The position numbers were made by a program, and so were the translations under genes. Positions 47,732 through 57,940 of a stretch of DNA of 64,000 nucleotides are shown piece after piece. Position 1 is the first letter of the stretch; the number at the start of each line of letters is the position of its first letter. The stretch is from Limnochordia bacterium (GTDB lineage: Bacteria; Bacillota; Limnochordia; DTU080), in NCBI GenBank assembly GCA_050951545.1, contig JBMNJG010000007.1:32001-96000 (forward strand), read 5' to 3'. The notes under the pieces are model-generated. The model worked only from the letters and a program-made list of their open reading frames with translations. It made no database searches and had not been told where the DNA came from.

Positions 47732-48202
47732 TCAGGTGTCTTGGCGGGGTTCGCCTGCAATGCGTTCCTCGGTGTCGATTACCAAGTTGCCGCGGTGCAT
47801 GAAGCTGTGGTAGCTATCGAGTCCAGCGGTTGACGGGCCGCTTAGCCAGCGACCATGGATGTCGTAGCGGGCGTCGCTGCAGTAACTAGCGAAAACCTGT
47901 TCGTTTCGCAGCCAGCGCACCCGGCAGTTGTCGGAAGGATCAGTGCCGATGAGGACATGGTAGTTGCCCGCATCGTTGATGATGAAAAGCAGACTGCCCT
48001 TCTTGAGGGTTGTGTTCAGCGGGTAAATACCGCCTGGTGGGTACTGATCTGGTGATAGATAGATATAGCGGGTCTGCCCGGGCAGCAAGCGACCACCGAG
48101 AAAGTAGGCCAACACGAGGGCGATCAGAAGCATGCCGAGCTTAAGGGGCCGGCTAAGGTAGCCTCGCTGTCTATTATCAGGTGCAGATGGACGCTTTTTC
48201 AT
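47732..48202 (-). CDS. Membrane-anchored degenerate Rieske-fold protein
   Basis: N-terminal TM; C.V.W....VF...C..ARYD..G....GP....L..Y pattern without Fe-S ligands. Confidence 0.6.
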   Translation of the reverse strand: MKKRPSAPDNRQRGYLSRPLKLGMLLIALVLAYFLGGRLLPGQTRYIYLSPDQYPPGGIYPLNTTLKKGSLLFIINDAGNYHVLIGTDPSDNCRVRWLRNEQVFASYCSDARYDIHGRWLSGPSTAGLDSYHSFMHRGNLVIDTEERIAGEPRQDT

Positions 48203-48560
48203 GGCCTCTAGAGTGTATCATGATAGGCACAGGGCAGCAATCCATGTTGTCCTGGGCTCCTAATTAGTGCATAATGATATAGGAAACGACGAATGCCGTA
48301 GGTTTGCCGACGATATGGCGTTTGACCCCAGGGCCCTGGTCATTTGCCTCTATGAACCTTGTGCGACGAAGACTACGATAGTACGTGGGATAAACTGAGG
48401 CTCTGGGTCCCGCGTGTATCGCGTGGGGCAAATAGAGTTGCGATGCATGCAACAGGATGTGGCTTGACGGCACGCCCAGGTGTTTTGGCGCGTCGATGAT
48501 TCAAAACTAGATGCTGTGAGTCAAGGGAAATCGGCGATTATTTGCAGGAGGTGACGTCCC

Positions 48561-49199
48561 GTGAGTGTTGATTCCGAGACCGCTGTGCACGCACAAACGG
48601 AGAGAAACGACGAAGTCAGCGATGTAATCGAGATTCGCTGGCATGGGCGCGCGGGCCAGGGCGCCAAAACGGGTGCGCTACTGGTGGGCGAGGCAGCTTC
48701 GGGAGCAGGCAGGTACATTCAAGCCTTTCCGGAGTATGGTCCGGAGCGCATGGGGGCCCCTGTGGTGGCCTATAACCGCATTAGCAAGGATCCCATTACG
48801 CTGCACTGCGGTGTCGAGCATCCGCGTTACGTGGCCATACTGGATACCACTCTGGCTGGACAGGTCGATATGGCTGCGGGCATTCCCGATGGCGGTGCGT
48901 TGATTGTGAATGCCTCGTGGAGTCCAGCAGAGGCTCGCGAGAAGCTTGGTGTAACCAACCGTGCAGTTCGTATCTTTACGGTTGATGCCACCAGCATTTC
49001 GCAAGAGACTATCGGTCGACCTATTCCCAACACACCGATGTTGGGTGCGCTCAATCGCGTGGCAGGTCTGCTAGAGATCGACAGTCTCCTGGAAAGCGTG
49101 CGGCATAAGCTCCAGCAGAAGTTCCGCAACAGACCTGAGATTGTTGACGGCAACGTCGAGGCTGTAAAGCGGGCCTACCAGGAGGTGCAGGGGGAATGA
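48561..49199 (+). CDS. porC: 2-oxoacid (pyruvate):ferredoxin oxidoreductase gamma subunit
   Basis: EIRWHGRAGQG, QAFPEYGPERMGAP, PNTPMLG. Confidence 0.92.
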   Translation: MSVDSETAVHAQTERNDEVSDVIEIRWHGRAGQGAKTGALLVGEAASGAGRYIQAFPEYGPERMGAPVVAYNRISKDPITLHCGVEHPRYVAILDTTLAGQVDMAAGIPDGGALIVNASWSPAEAREKLGVTNRAVRIFTVDATSISQETIGRPIPNTPMLGALNRVAGLLEIDSLLESVRHKLQQKFRNRPEIVDGNVEAVKRAYQEVQGE

Positions 49200-49519
49200 G
49201 TGAAGCGGCCAAGACAAAGGCCAACCCCATCCGTCCGGGTGCCGGATGGAAGGAGTTGCCGTGGGGTGGCATCATTCCAGCAGGAGGCACGTCACGAGAG
49301 TTCAAGACCGGCGGCTGGCGCTCCAATCGCCCTATTTGGGACTCTGAGAAGTGTATTTCGTGCATGACCTGCTGGCTGTATTGCCCTGATATGGCTATTC
49401 AAGTGGAAAACGGCAAGATGATTGGTATCAACTTCGACCACTGTAAAGGGTGCGGCATCTGTGCTGCGGTCTGCCCTCCCCGCGTCAACGCTATTACCAT
49501 GGAACCCGAAGGTGCTTAG
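49196..49519 (+). CDS. porD: 2-oxoacid:ferredoxin oxidoreductase delta subunit
   Basis: TGGWR, CISCMTCWLYCPD, CKGCGICAAVCP. Confidence 0.92.
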   Translation: MSEAAKTKANPIRPGAGWKELPWGGIIPAGGTSREFKTGGWRSNRPIWDSEKCISCMTCWLYCPDMAIQVENGKMIGINFDHCKGCGICAAVCPPRVNAITMEPEGA

Positions 49520-49534
49520 AAAGGAGGTTGCCTG

Positions 49535-50737
49535 ATGGCTGTACAAAGAAGATCCGCTGCAGAGTCTGTAGCTATGACTGGAAACGAAGCTGTGGCTGAC
49601 GCGTTGCGTCAGATCAATCCGGATGTCGTGGCCGCCTATCCTATCACGCCGGCGACCGAGATCGTGCAGATATTCTCTAGCTATGGCGCCGATGGCCGTG
49701 TGGACACTGAGATGGTGTTAGCAGAGAGTGAGCACTCGGCAATGAGTGCTACCATCGCTGCGTCAGCTGCAGGAGCTCGCGCCATGACGGCCACCTCGTC
49801 GCAGGGGCTTCAGCTCATGCATGAGATGCTCTATGTTGCCTCGGGGAGCAGGCAGCCTATCGTAATGCCTGTGGTCAACCGCGCGGTGTCTGCCCCGCTC
49901 AATATCCATTGTGACCACTCAGATACGATGGGCTCTCGTGATGCGGGTTGGATTCAGATCTACAGCGAGAATGCTCAAGAGGCCTACGATAACCTAGTCC
50001 AGGCTGTGCGCATTGCAGAGCACGCACAAGTGCAGCTGCCTTGCATGGTCATGATGGACGGATTTATCATCAGTCATGGCATGGAGAACGTCTTTACCCT
50101 GCCCGACGATGTGGTCAAGGAGTTCATCGGTTGCCGTAAGGCTCAGTACCCGCTTCTCGACGTAGATAATCCCGTGACCTTTGGTCCAGTCGACTTCACT
50201 GACTACTACTTCGAGCACAAGAGGCAGCAGTTCGAGGGGATGCTACAGGCCAAATCTGCGATCCTCGAGGTTGCTGCGGAGTTCGAGAAGATATCCGGGC
50301 ATAGCTACGGTCTGTTCGAAACCTACAGACTCGAAGATGCTGAGATGGCTATTGTCGTGCTTAGCTCGGCTGCCGGAACATCACGTTACGTGGTTGATAA
50401 GCTCCGCCGGAAGGGCGAAAAGGTTGGTCTGCTCAAGCTCCGTGTCTTCAGGCCGTTCCCAGCTGAAGAGCTGGCTGAGGCTCTGAAGGACGTGCCTGTG
50501 CTGGCTATTATGGACCGCACCGACAGCTTTACGGGGCAAGGTGGGCCTCTTTTTGCTGAGACCCGTTCGGCGCTCTACGATTTGGAGAAGCGTCCGAAGA
50601 TGGTCAACTACATCTACGGCCTAGGTGGCCGCGACGTGCGTGTAGAGAGCATCGAGTCTGTCTATCGGGATCTAGATATTATCCGCAGAACCGGTGTGGT
50701 TGGGCCCAGGGTCCGCCACCTGGATGTGCGCGAGTAG
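49535..50737 (+). CDS. porA: 2-oxoacid:ferredoxin oxidoreductase alpha subunit
   Basis: AYPITP, ESEHSA, TATSSQG, RPFP, GLGGRD. Confidence 0.93.
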   Translation: MAVQRRSAAESVAMTGNEAVADALRQINPDVVAAYPITPATEIVQIFSSYGADGRVDTEMVLAESEHSAMSATIAASAAGARAMTATSSQGLQLMHEMLYVASGSRQPIVMPVVNRAVSAPLNIHCDHSDTMGSRDAGWIQIYSENAQEAYDNLVQAVRIAEHAQVQLPCMVMMDGFIISHGMENVFTLPDDVVKEFIGCRKAQYPLLDVDNPVTFGPVDFTDYYFEHKRQQFEGMLQAKSAILEVAAEFEKISGHSYGLFETYRLEDAEMAIVVLSSAAGTSRYVVDKLRRKGEKVGLLKLRVFRPFPAEELAEALKDVPVLAIMDRTDSFTGQGGPLFAETRSALYDLEKRPKMVNYIYGLGGRDVRVESIESVYRDLDIIRRTGVVGPRVRHLDVRE

Positions 50738-50750
50738 GAGGTAGCGGAAG

Positions 50751-51686
50751 ATGGTTGCACCACTTAAGGTACTGTCCACCCGCTCCGACCGCCTGACCAG
50801 CGGACATCGGGCCTGTCCGGGCTGCGGTTTTCCCATCGTGCTCAAGATGGTGCTCATGTCCACTGAGGATCCGGTCGTAGTGGCTAACGCAACAGGTTGT
50901 GCCGAAGTATGCACGAGCATTTTCCCGTACACGTCGTGGGATGTGCCCTGGATGCACAGCGCTTTTGAGAACGCTGCGGCTACGGCTAGTGGCCTCGAAG
51001 CGGCCTATCGGTCGCTGAAGCGCCAGGGGAAGATTGACTCGGAGCGTGACATCCGTTTTGTGGCTTTTGGCGGAGACGGTGGCACGTATGACATTGGTTT
51101 GCAGGCGCTCTCGGGTGCGATGGAGCGCGGTCATAATATGCTATATGTCTGTTATGACAACGGGGCGTACATGAACACGGGTATTCAGCGTTCGTCGGCG
51201 ACACCGGTGGGGGCGCACACGACAACCTCCCCTGCGGGCAAAGAGAGCACGGGCAAGCGCGAGGGTCGCAAGGACTTGGCCGCCATCATGGCTGCCCACG
51301 ATATTCCCTATGTTGCACAGGCGTCGATTCACAACCATCGCGACCTGATGCGTAAGGCCGAAAAAGGCCTGCATGTGGATGGTCCAGCGTTCCTCAACGT
51401 TCTGTCGCCGTGTCCTCTTGGTTGGGGCATTGACCCGTCAAAGGGCGTAGACTACTCTAGGCTCGCTGTAGAAAGCTGCTTCTGGCCGCTTTTTGAGGTG
51501 GAGAATGGTGAGTGGAAGCTCAGCTACAAACCGCGGAAAAAGCTGCCTGTAACTGACTTCATGAAGAACCAAGTCCGTTTCCGGCATCTGTTCAGAGGCC
51601 AAGACGACCTGCTGGAGGAGATCCAGGTTGGTGTCGATGAGCGCTGGCAGAAGCTCTTGAAGCGCTGCGGAGAGAGCGACGAGTAA
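50751..51686 (+). CDS. porB: 2-oxoacid:ferredoxin oxidoreductase beta subunit
   Basis: GHRACPGC, ATGC, GGDGG, YMNTGIQRS, SPCP.GW. Confidence 0.93.
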   Translation: MVAPLKVLSTRSDRLTSGHRACPGCGFPIVLKMVLMSTEDPVVVANATGCAEVCTSIFPYTSWDVPWMHSAFENAAATASGLEAAYRSLKRQGKIDSERDIRFVAFGGDGGTYDIGLQALSGAMERGHNMLYVCYDNGAYMNTGIQRSSATPVGAHTTTSPAGKESTGKREGRKDLAAIMAAHDIPYVAQASIHNHRDLMRKAEKGLHVDGPAFLNVLSPCPLGWGIDPSKGVDYSRLAVESCFWPLFEVENGEWKLSYKPRKKLPVTDFMKNQVRFRHLFRGQDDLLEEIQVGVDERWQKLLKRCGESDE

Positions 51687-51696
51687 GAGACAGAAG

Positions 51697-51733
51697 AAAG
51701 TGAGCGGAGCCTCGCGGCACCGCTCACTTTTTT
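51697..51733 (+). terminator. Intrinsic terminator after por operon
   Basis: AAAGTGAGCGG...CCGCTCACTTTTTT. Confidence 0.85.
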
Positions 51734-51734
51734 G

Positions 51735-53114
51735 TTATACCCAACCACATCTTCGCACGCAGAAGGTAATGGCAAAGGTGATCGCTACGGCGATGGCCAG
51801 CGGCAGCAGGGCCGCCAGAACAGTCCACCTGAGGCTCTTGGCTTCTTTGTGGATGGTAAGCAGCGTTGTAGCACACGGGTAATGCAGTAACGAGAAGAGC
51901 ATCACATTTAGCGCGGTCAGCCACGTCCAGCCGTGCTGGTCTACCAGTATTGCCTTCAAGGCCGTCAACCCGCTCACTTCGAGCAACGCCCCTTCCGCCA
52001 GATACCCCATCAACATGATGGGCATGACAATCTCATTGGCGGGTAGCCCCAGAATAAAAGCCACAAGAATCATGCCATCCATTCCCAGAGCCCTACCGAG
52101 GCCGTTCAGCGCAGCTGCAGAGTGGGCCAGAATGCTGGCATCGCCTATGTGTATGTTGGCGAGCATCCAGGTCAAGCCTCCAGCTGGGGCTGCGACAACC
52201 ACTGCGCGGTAGAGGACCGCCAGAGTGCGATCAAGCAAAGAGCGTATGATAACGCGGCCAGGCTGGGGTTTGCGGTAGGGCGGTAGCTCCAGGGTAAAGC
52301 GAGATGGCACTCCTCGTAGCAGGGTGCGCGAGAGCGCCCACGAGACGGCTAGGGTGGCCACGAAGCCGACCAGCACCATACCTACTACAGCTCCTGCGGC
52401 CAAAAGTGTTCCCTGCGCAGAGCCGCGACTGGCGGCCAGAAGTAGGGAAGCCATGGCAATGAGGGTAGGGAAGCGCCCATTGCACGGCACGAAGTTATTG
52501 GTCAAAATGGCAATAAGACGCTCTTTGGGCGACTCGATGATGCGAGCAGAGATGACTCCGGCCGCGTTGCAGCCGAAACCCATAGCCATCGTAAGGGCTT
52601 GCTTGCCGTGGGCGCCGACGCACCGAAACATGCGATCAAGGTTGAAGGCCACGCGTGGCAGATAGCCGATGTCCTCGAGAAGTGTGAACAGGGGAAAGAA
52701 GATGGCCATAGGCGGCAGCATTACTGAGATGACCCAGGCCAGACCTCTGTAGACCCCGAGAATGAGAAAACCATGCAACCACTCGGGGGCATGCGTGTTC
52801 CGAAAGAGAAAGGAAAGGCGCTCCTCCACGGCAAACAGGGCGCTGGCCAGGAACTGGGATGGGATGTTGGCCCCGACGATGGTCAGCCAGAAGACTGCGC
52901 CTAGAAGTAAGATCATTATGGGAAGTCCCCACAGCCGCGATGTCAGGACGTTGTCGATGCGTTGATCCCAGTCGATTCCCACTTTCTCGGTCTTCGTTGT
53001 CGCCAACTCAGCGAGTTCAGCCGCCTCCTCGTAGATACGGGTGAGAAGCTGCTCTCTCAGCTCAGAGGACCATCCGATTGTCTTTTGCGCAGGGGGCTGG
53101 CGGTTCTCGCTCAT
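51735..53114 (-). CDS. feoB: FeoB membrane (gate) half without GTPase domain
   Basis: LEDIGYLPRVAF, GFGCN, VPCNGR, ELPPYR.P, LHYPCATT; no G motifs. Confidence 0.85.
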   Translation of the reverse strand: MSENRQPPAQKTIGWSSELREQLLTRIYEEAAELAELATTKTEKVGIDWDQRIDNVLTSRLWGLPIMILLLGAVFWLTIVGANIPSQFLASALFAVEERLSFLFRNTHAPEWLHGFLILGVYRGLAWVISVMLPPMAIFFPLFTLLEDIGYLPRVAFNLDRMFRCVGAHGKQALTMAMGFGCNAAGVISARIIESPKERLIAILTNNFVPCNGRFPTLIAMASLLLAASRGSAQGTLLAAGAVVGMVLVGFVATLAVSWALSRTLLRGVPSRFTLELPPYRKPQPGRVIIRSLLDRTLAVLYRAVVVAAPAGGLTWMLANIHIGDASILAHSAAALNGLGRALGMDGMILVAFILGLPANEIVMPIMLMGYLAEGALLEVSGLTALKAILVDQHGWTWLTALNVMLFSLLHYPCATTLLTIHKEAKSLRWTVLAALLPLAIAVAITFAITFCVRRCGWV

Positions 53115-53267
53115 GCTGCATCCTCCATCGCCATGAGTAAAAGGCACGGTATGCTATGGTATGAAGGGAAATTGTGTTCCTGGCTTCATATGGCGGCTGA
53201 CAAGGTTTGGAACCCCTTTTGGAGAATAGCCAGCAGTGGAAACTCACAGGCAAGGGGGAAACAGTAG

Positions 53268-53756
53268 GTGCACAAGATCGTCGCCTATCGAGTTGAGCAT
53301 TTGCCCCGAATCTTGGAACTCACAGCAGAAGGCTTTCAAGGGGTAAGCATCGATCATATCGTGGAGCAACGCTTCGGCTTCATAGAGCCCGGGTGGCAAG
53401 AACGCAAACTGACGGATCTGCGAGCAGCCGCTGCCCGCGAGCCAGAGGGGATCTTTGTGGCCCTCAAGGAGGACGAGGTGATTGGATTCATTACGGTTAC
53501 CATCTCCCGTCAGAAATCCTTGGGGCGCATAGCGGATATGGTGGTGGATGCTCGTTACCGCAGGCAGGGCATTGGTTCGCGTCTCATTGAACGTGCCCTG
53601 CAATACATGAAAGAACAAGGTATGCGCTTGGCGAAGATCGAGACCCTCACCAACAATGAGGCGGGGCAAGCGGCCTATCCTAAGCACGGCTTTGTGGAAG
53701 TGGCTCGGCAGGTGCATTATATAATGCCGTTGCAGGATACGCCCGATACGAAATGA
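53268..53756 (+). CDS. GNAT family acetyltransferase
   Basis: VDARYRRQGIGSRL, N.AG..AY.K.GF. Confidence 0.88.
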   Translation: MHKIVAYRVEHLPRILELTAEGFQGVSIDHIVEQRFGFIEPGWQERKLTDLRAAAAREPEGIFVALKEDEVIGFITVTISRQKSLGRIADMVVDARYRRQGIGSRLIERALQYMKEQGMRLAKIETLTNNEAGQAAYPKHGFVEVARQVHYIMPLQDTPDTK

Positions 53757-54634
53757 GGTCTGACATGGAGCTGCTGGCCAAGGGCGAACAACTCACACAG
53801 CTGCTGCGGACGATGGGCAGTGCTCTCGTCGCCTTCTCTGGGGGTGTCGATAGTTCGCTGCTCTTGCACTTCTGCTTCCAAGCTCTGGGAACGCAGTGCG
53901 CAGCGGCTACGCTCCACTCGCAGGTGCATTCGCCGGAGGAGTTGGCGTCTGCCAAGGAAATGGCCAAGGAGATGGGTGTCAGGCATCTTGTGGTGGAAAG
54001 CGATGAACTTGATGATCCGAAGTTCGTAGCCAACCGGGCTGATCGCTGTTACGTATGTAAGAAGAGGATCTTCGCCAAGTTGCTGGCCTTGGCCCAAGAG
54101 TCCGGCTATGCATGCGTACTCGATGGCTCCAATGCTGATGACAAAGCAGACTTTCGTCCTGGTGCCCTAGCCGCTAAAGAGCTGGGGATACGCAGCCCGC
54201 TGCAAGAGGTGGGTATGACGAAAGCGGAAATCCGCCAGTTAGCAGCCCAGGTGGGCCTGCCGAACTGGGACAGGCCCTCGGCGGCCTGTCTGGCTTCACG
54301 GCTTCCCTATGGCGAGCGCATTACCGCGGAGAAGTTGCTGCAGGTGGCCGAGGCCGAAAAGGAGCTTCGGATCTTAGGACTGCAGCAACTTCGGGTTCGC
54401 TACCATGGTTGCTTGGCCAGAATTGAGGTGCCCATCCATGATATGGGGCGTGTGATGGCCAGCAAAGAAGATGTCGTGAAAAGACTCCGCCGCATAGGCT
54501 TTACCTACGTCACCCTTGATCTTTCCGGCTATCGCACAGGCAGCATGAACGAGGCACTGAGCACTGAGGCTATGCAGGATGCGCTACTGCCTGGGTTCGA
54601 TAATGAAAATCGGCGTATCAAAGGCCATCTCTAA
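53753..54634 (+). CDS. larE: LarE-family ATP-dependent sulfur transferase
   Basis: PP-loop AFSGGVDS, RCYVCK, RPG, ACLASRLPYG, GYRTGSMN. Confidence 0.9.
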   Translation: MRSDMELLAKGEQLTQLLRTMGSALVAFSGGVDSSLLLHFCFQALGTQCAAATLHSQVHSPEELASAKEMAKEMGVRHLVVESDELDDPKFVANRADRCYVCKKRIFAKLLALAQESGYACVLDGSNADDKADFRPGALAAKELGIRSPLQEVGMTKAEIRQLAAQVGLPNWDRPSAACLASRLPYGERITAEKLLQVAEAEKELRILGLQQLRVRYHGCLARIEVPIHDMGRVMASKEDVVKRLRRIGFTYVTLDLSGYRTGSMNEALSTEAMQDALLPGFDNENRRIKGHL

Positions 54635-55885
54635 GCCACCAACCCGCAAAACAACCTCACCGTACACAGCCTGATGGTTGACGCTCTGGCGGGTCACTCG
54701 AAAGGTGTGGCGTTCGCCGGGACCCACACTCTGGCACGACCACCTGGCGCTACGAAAATCGCGGCTAGGTGCCGTAGCAGACCATAGATTGAAGGCTACG
54801 GCAGGTCCCGGTGAGATGACGTCGAGGCTGAAATCACTTGTGCTTTCGGTCACGTTCCACTGCACAGGGGCCAGCTTTGGTCCTCGGGTCTGGGCAATGA
54901 AGAATGCACCTAAGGTAGCCAGTACGCGCTCGTAGTTAGACAGGTCATGTCCGGCGTTGGGGTCGTTGTGAATCCATGTCTCGCCAGGTAGGTCATCGAT
55001 GTACAAGCTCGTGGCGTCTGTAGGCCAGTAGGGATCGTTGCTGCCGCGGATGATCAGCTTGGGCAGTGTGTAGCGGTCTCTATAGGCGTAGGGATCGACG
55101 ATATCAACCAATTGCCGACCTTGCTCTGTCGCTAGCATCGACTGCAGGCCTCGCTCTGTGTAGTCGTGAATCTGGAGGCTGTAGGAGCCAAAGCTTATCA
55201 CGTGGTGCTCCATCTGGGCGTGGAGATCAAGGTTGTCGTAGGCGATCGGAGCGATTGCTGAGATGCGAGCATCAACAGCAGCGGCCAACCATGTGGTCCA
55301 ACCGCGTTTGGATCCGCCAGTGACGACGAAATCATCGACGGTTAGGTGCAGATGTGAGCGACTGAACTCCGTGATGGCGTCCATAGCCCGCACCGCAGAT
55401 TTGGTCATAGGCAACAGGGCAAGCCAGGTGGGATCTTTCGTTTCCAGGAACTTGTCGAAGGTAAGGGCGATCAAGGCATCTTCTTTCAGATTACCAAAGA
55501 GCGGCTGATTGGGTACGTCAAACAGCACGGCTACAGGGGCGCGGGCCTTTTGGGCGAGCTGTGACATGAGGGGGATTTCCGTCTTGCCCGAGCCGCTGCC
55601 TGTAATGAACAGAAGAGCGGAATGGCCCTCCAACGCTCCGTCAGGAACCACGATGAAGAGACGGTGTTGCCAGAGGGTCTCTTTCCATATCTGAGATGTG
55701 AACGACAGCTGATAAAGCGTACCGCCAAACGGCGAAGGCGAACTGCCGAGTAACTGCCAACTGAAGCAAGGATCTGGGGCTGTGAAGTACGCGTCAAGAG
55801 CTCGCGCACTTCCGGATGTGCTGAACGTCAGCAGCATCAGTCCGACAAGGGGAATGAGCCAAGCGTGCCTTCGACGGGTGTGCAC
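54584..55885 (-). CDS. PqaA-type (PhoPQ-activated pathogenicity-related) alpha/beta hydrolase, secreted
   Basis: Signal peptide; VPNQP, EDALIA, PMTKSAVRAMD, GGSKRGWTTW, VDPY. Confidence 0.85.
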   Translation of the reverse strand: MHTRRRHAWLIPLVGLMLLTFSTSGSARALDAYFTAPDPCFSWQLLGSSPSPFGGTLYQLSFTSQIWKETLWQHRLFIVVPDGALEGHSALLFITGSGSGKTEIPLMSQLAQKARAPVAVLFDVPNQPLFGNLKEDALIALTFDKFLETKDPTWLALLPMTKSAVRAMDAITEFSRSHLHLTVDDFVVTGGSKRGWTTWLAAAVDARISAIAPIAYDNLDLHAQMEHHVISFGSYSLQIHDYTERGLQSMLATEQGRQLVDIVDPYAYRDRYTLPKLIIRGSNDPYWPTDATSLYIDDLPGETWIHNDPNAGHDLSNYERVLATLGAFFIAQTRGPKLAPVQWNVTESTSDFSLDVISPGPAVAFNLWSATAPSRDFRSARWSCQSVGPGERHTFRVTRQSVNHQAVYGEVVLRVGGLEMAFDTPIFIIEPRQ

Positions 55886-56368
55886 AGTTCTCGCCTCCTT
55901 GAGTGCTTACTCTTCGTCGCTTTGCACGGCAACGGTGGCCTAACCACAGTAATAGTACTTGCTGTATCCACTCCTTCCTCTAGCAAGCGGCCAATATCAC
56001 ATAAAACTGAATGTATGAAGTAAACCTTTTGTTAACACCACCGGATAGTGTTGCTATCCAGCCTTTGCTCGGGCTAAAATGGCTCCAAAGGATGCTGGTT
56101 CGCCAATGCCATCTTCTGCTTTTCATGCTCAAACGGCTGTAACGCTCGTTTGAGAGGAACCTAGGCGTCCTTTCCAAATGGCAATCATCGCAGCAACGTA
56201 TGCACCCACTTTCATACAAGGACAAGCAGTTATGGTTTTCGAAGCGCCGCGGGGGATCGCTTTTACCAAGCTGAGCGGTCCTTCGTTGCGTTATGCGCCA
56301 GCCCCTTCCCCTTTTGCGCTTGACCTTGGGTTTTCTGTGCTATGATAGGCGGGAAGGGAGGGTTCTTG

Positions 56369-57283
56369 ATGGCTGCAACACGGCGTCAACTGGGTGCCGA
56401 TCCAGCCTTGAGTGTGCGCATGTTTATCACTATGCTGCTGCTTGCGGCGCTTTATGGTGCGTTTGTGTGGGTCCTGTGGGAAGTAGGGGCTAGCGCCATT
56501 ACGATCTTCGTCTTCGTCGCCTTGATGGCAGGAGTGCAGTACTTTTTTTCGGATCAGCTGGTGTTGTCTTCCATGCAGGCCCGTGTTGTAACACCGGCGC
56601 AAGAGCCCGAGCTGCACGCGACGCTGGAACGACTGTCTGCGATGGCAGACATGCCAACTCCACGTTTGGCCGTGATGGAGACCGATGTGCCGAATGCGTT
56701 TGCTACAGGGCGCAGTCCGAGGCACTCCGCGGTGGCTGTCACTCGGGGCTTGATGCGCCGCCTGAGCTCGGCTGAACTTGAGGCAGTCCTGGCCCACGAG
56801 TTGTCTCACATCAAGCATCGCGATGTCGCTGTAATGACTTTCGCTAGTTTTTTTGCCACCGTGGCCTCACTTATTGTGCAGAACATCTATTACATGCGTC
56901 GCTTCAGTCGGGTAGGGGGGCGGCGTGATGAGCGCTCGAGTCGGGGTGCAGCGGTGGTGCTTGTATGGCTGGCTGCCCTAGTGGTCTGGGTCATCAGCTA
57001 CTTTCTTATTCGGGCTCTGTCTCGTTACCGGGAGTTTGCTGCGGATCGCGGGGCCGCTGTCCTCACGGGTTCTCCTGCCAACCTGATGTCAGGGTTATTA
57101 GCGATTAGTGGGGCCATGGAGCGTATTCCTACCGAGGACATGCGCCAAATAGGAGGGCTGAACGCCTTTCTTATCGTGCCAGCATTGCGCCGGGAATCCC
57201 TCATGGAGCTTTTTTCCACGCATCCGTCATTGCAGCGGCGCTTAGCTCAGTTGCAGCGCATTGAGCAAGAGATGCATCACTAA
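56369..57283 (+). CDS. htpX: Zinc metalloprotease HtpX (M48)
   Basis: PNAFATGR, HELSH, SRYRE..AD, FSTHP. Confidence 0.93.
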   Translation: MAATRRQLGADPALSVRMFITMLLLAALYGAFVWVLWEVGASAITIFVFVALMAGVQYFFSDQLVLSSMQARVVTPAQEPELHATLERLSAMADMPTPRLAVMETDVPNAFATGRSPRHSAVAVTRGLMRRLSSAELEAVLAHELSHIKHRDVAVMTFASFFATVASLIVQNIYYMRRFSRVGGRRDERSSRGAAVVLVWLAALVVWVISYFLIRALSRYREFAADRGAAVLTGSPANLMSGLLAISGAMERIPTEDMRQIGGLNAFLIVPALRRESLMELFSTHPSLQRRLAQLQRIEQEMHH

Positions 57284-57329
57284 CATCACTCGAGGCAGAC
57301 ACACATTCTCAAGCAGAGGCGTGGAGCTT

Positions 57330-57902
57330 ATGCGGTTTTTCGATTGGTTGTTCGGGCGGACGCGCTTGGCGCGACCGCAGACGGAGCCGCTTTTTCGGCT
57401 GATCACTGCGCAGGTGGATCTGCAGGCCACCTTGGGATGGGTCTGTGCTGATAGGGCCGCTCTCTGCCTCAAGCCTATGGCCACAGTGCAGTTCAAAGAG
57501 ACAGAGAAGGAACTGCATGACCTTCTGCGGCTGGTGGTCGAGGAAAGTAGCACACGGCTGCACGTAGAGCTCGATGCCTACGGCTACTTATGGCTTATCT
57601 TTACGGATGAGGATTTCGAGGATCTGGTAGGCGTCATTCATATCGCTGGACAGGAGTTGGGGGAAAAAGGCTACGGTGAGCAGATGCTGGCCGCTGTCTT
57701 CCGTTTCTCAGGCCCTGAGGTTCAAGCGCCGCACTATCTGATATACAGCTACAAACGAGGGGCCTTCTATCCCTTTATCCCCTTGCCAGGCAAAAAGCGG
57801 GCCCATGCTCAGGAGCTGCGGGCAGGCTCGCTGCTTTCGGAGTTCTTGCCATATGAGGCTGATTACTCTCGCTGGTATCCGCTATGGGATTGCCCTGCAT
57901 AG
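57330..57902 (+). CDS. PspA-associated protein B (PspAB)-like
   Basis: D.YGY.W, DFEDLV, G.G.Q.LAAVF, YKRGAFYPF.P, RWYPLW; follows htpX. Confidence 0.75.
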   Translation: MRFFDWLFGRTRLARPQTEPLFRLITAQVDLQATLGWVCADRAALCLKPMATVQFKETEKELHDLLRLVVEESSTRLHVELDAYGYLWLIFTDEDFEDLVGVIHIAGQELGEKGYGEQMLAAVFRFSGPEVQAPHYLIYSYKRGAFYPFIPLPGKKRAHAQELRAGSLLSEFLPYEADYSRWYPLWDCPA

Positions 57903-57908
57903 ACCTTA

Positions 57909-57931
57909 AGGCCGCCCGGTATGGGCGGCCT
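57909..57931. terminator. Hairpin between convergent operons
   Basis: AGGCCGCCC-GGTAT-GGGCGGCCT. Confidence 0.7.
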
Positions 57932-57940
57932 CATATGTTC

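Noticed and set aside
55886-56340. AT-richer intergenic stretch and 81-aa ORF; possible oriC or ncRNA
   Set aside because: No DnaA-box cluster, repeats or recognisable RNA motif seen
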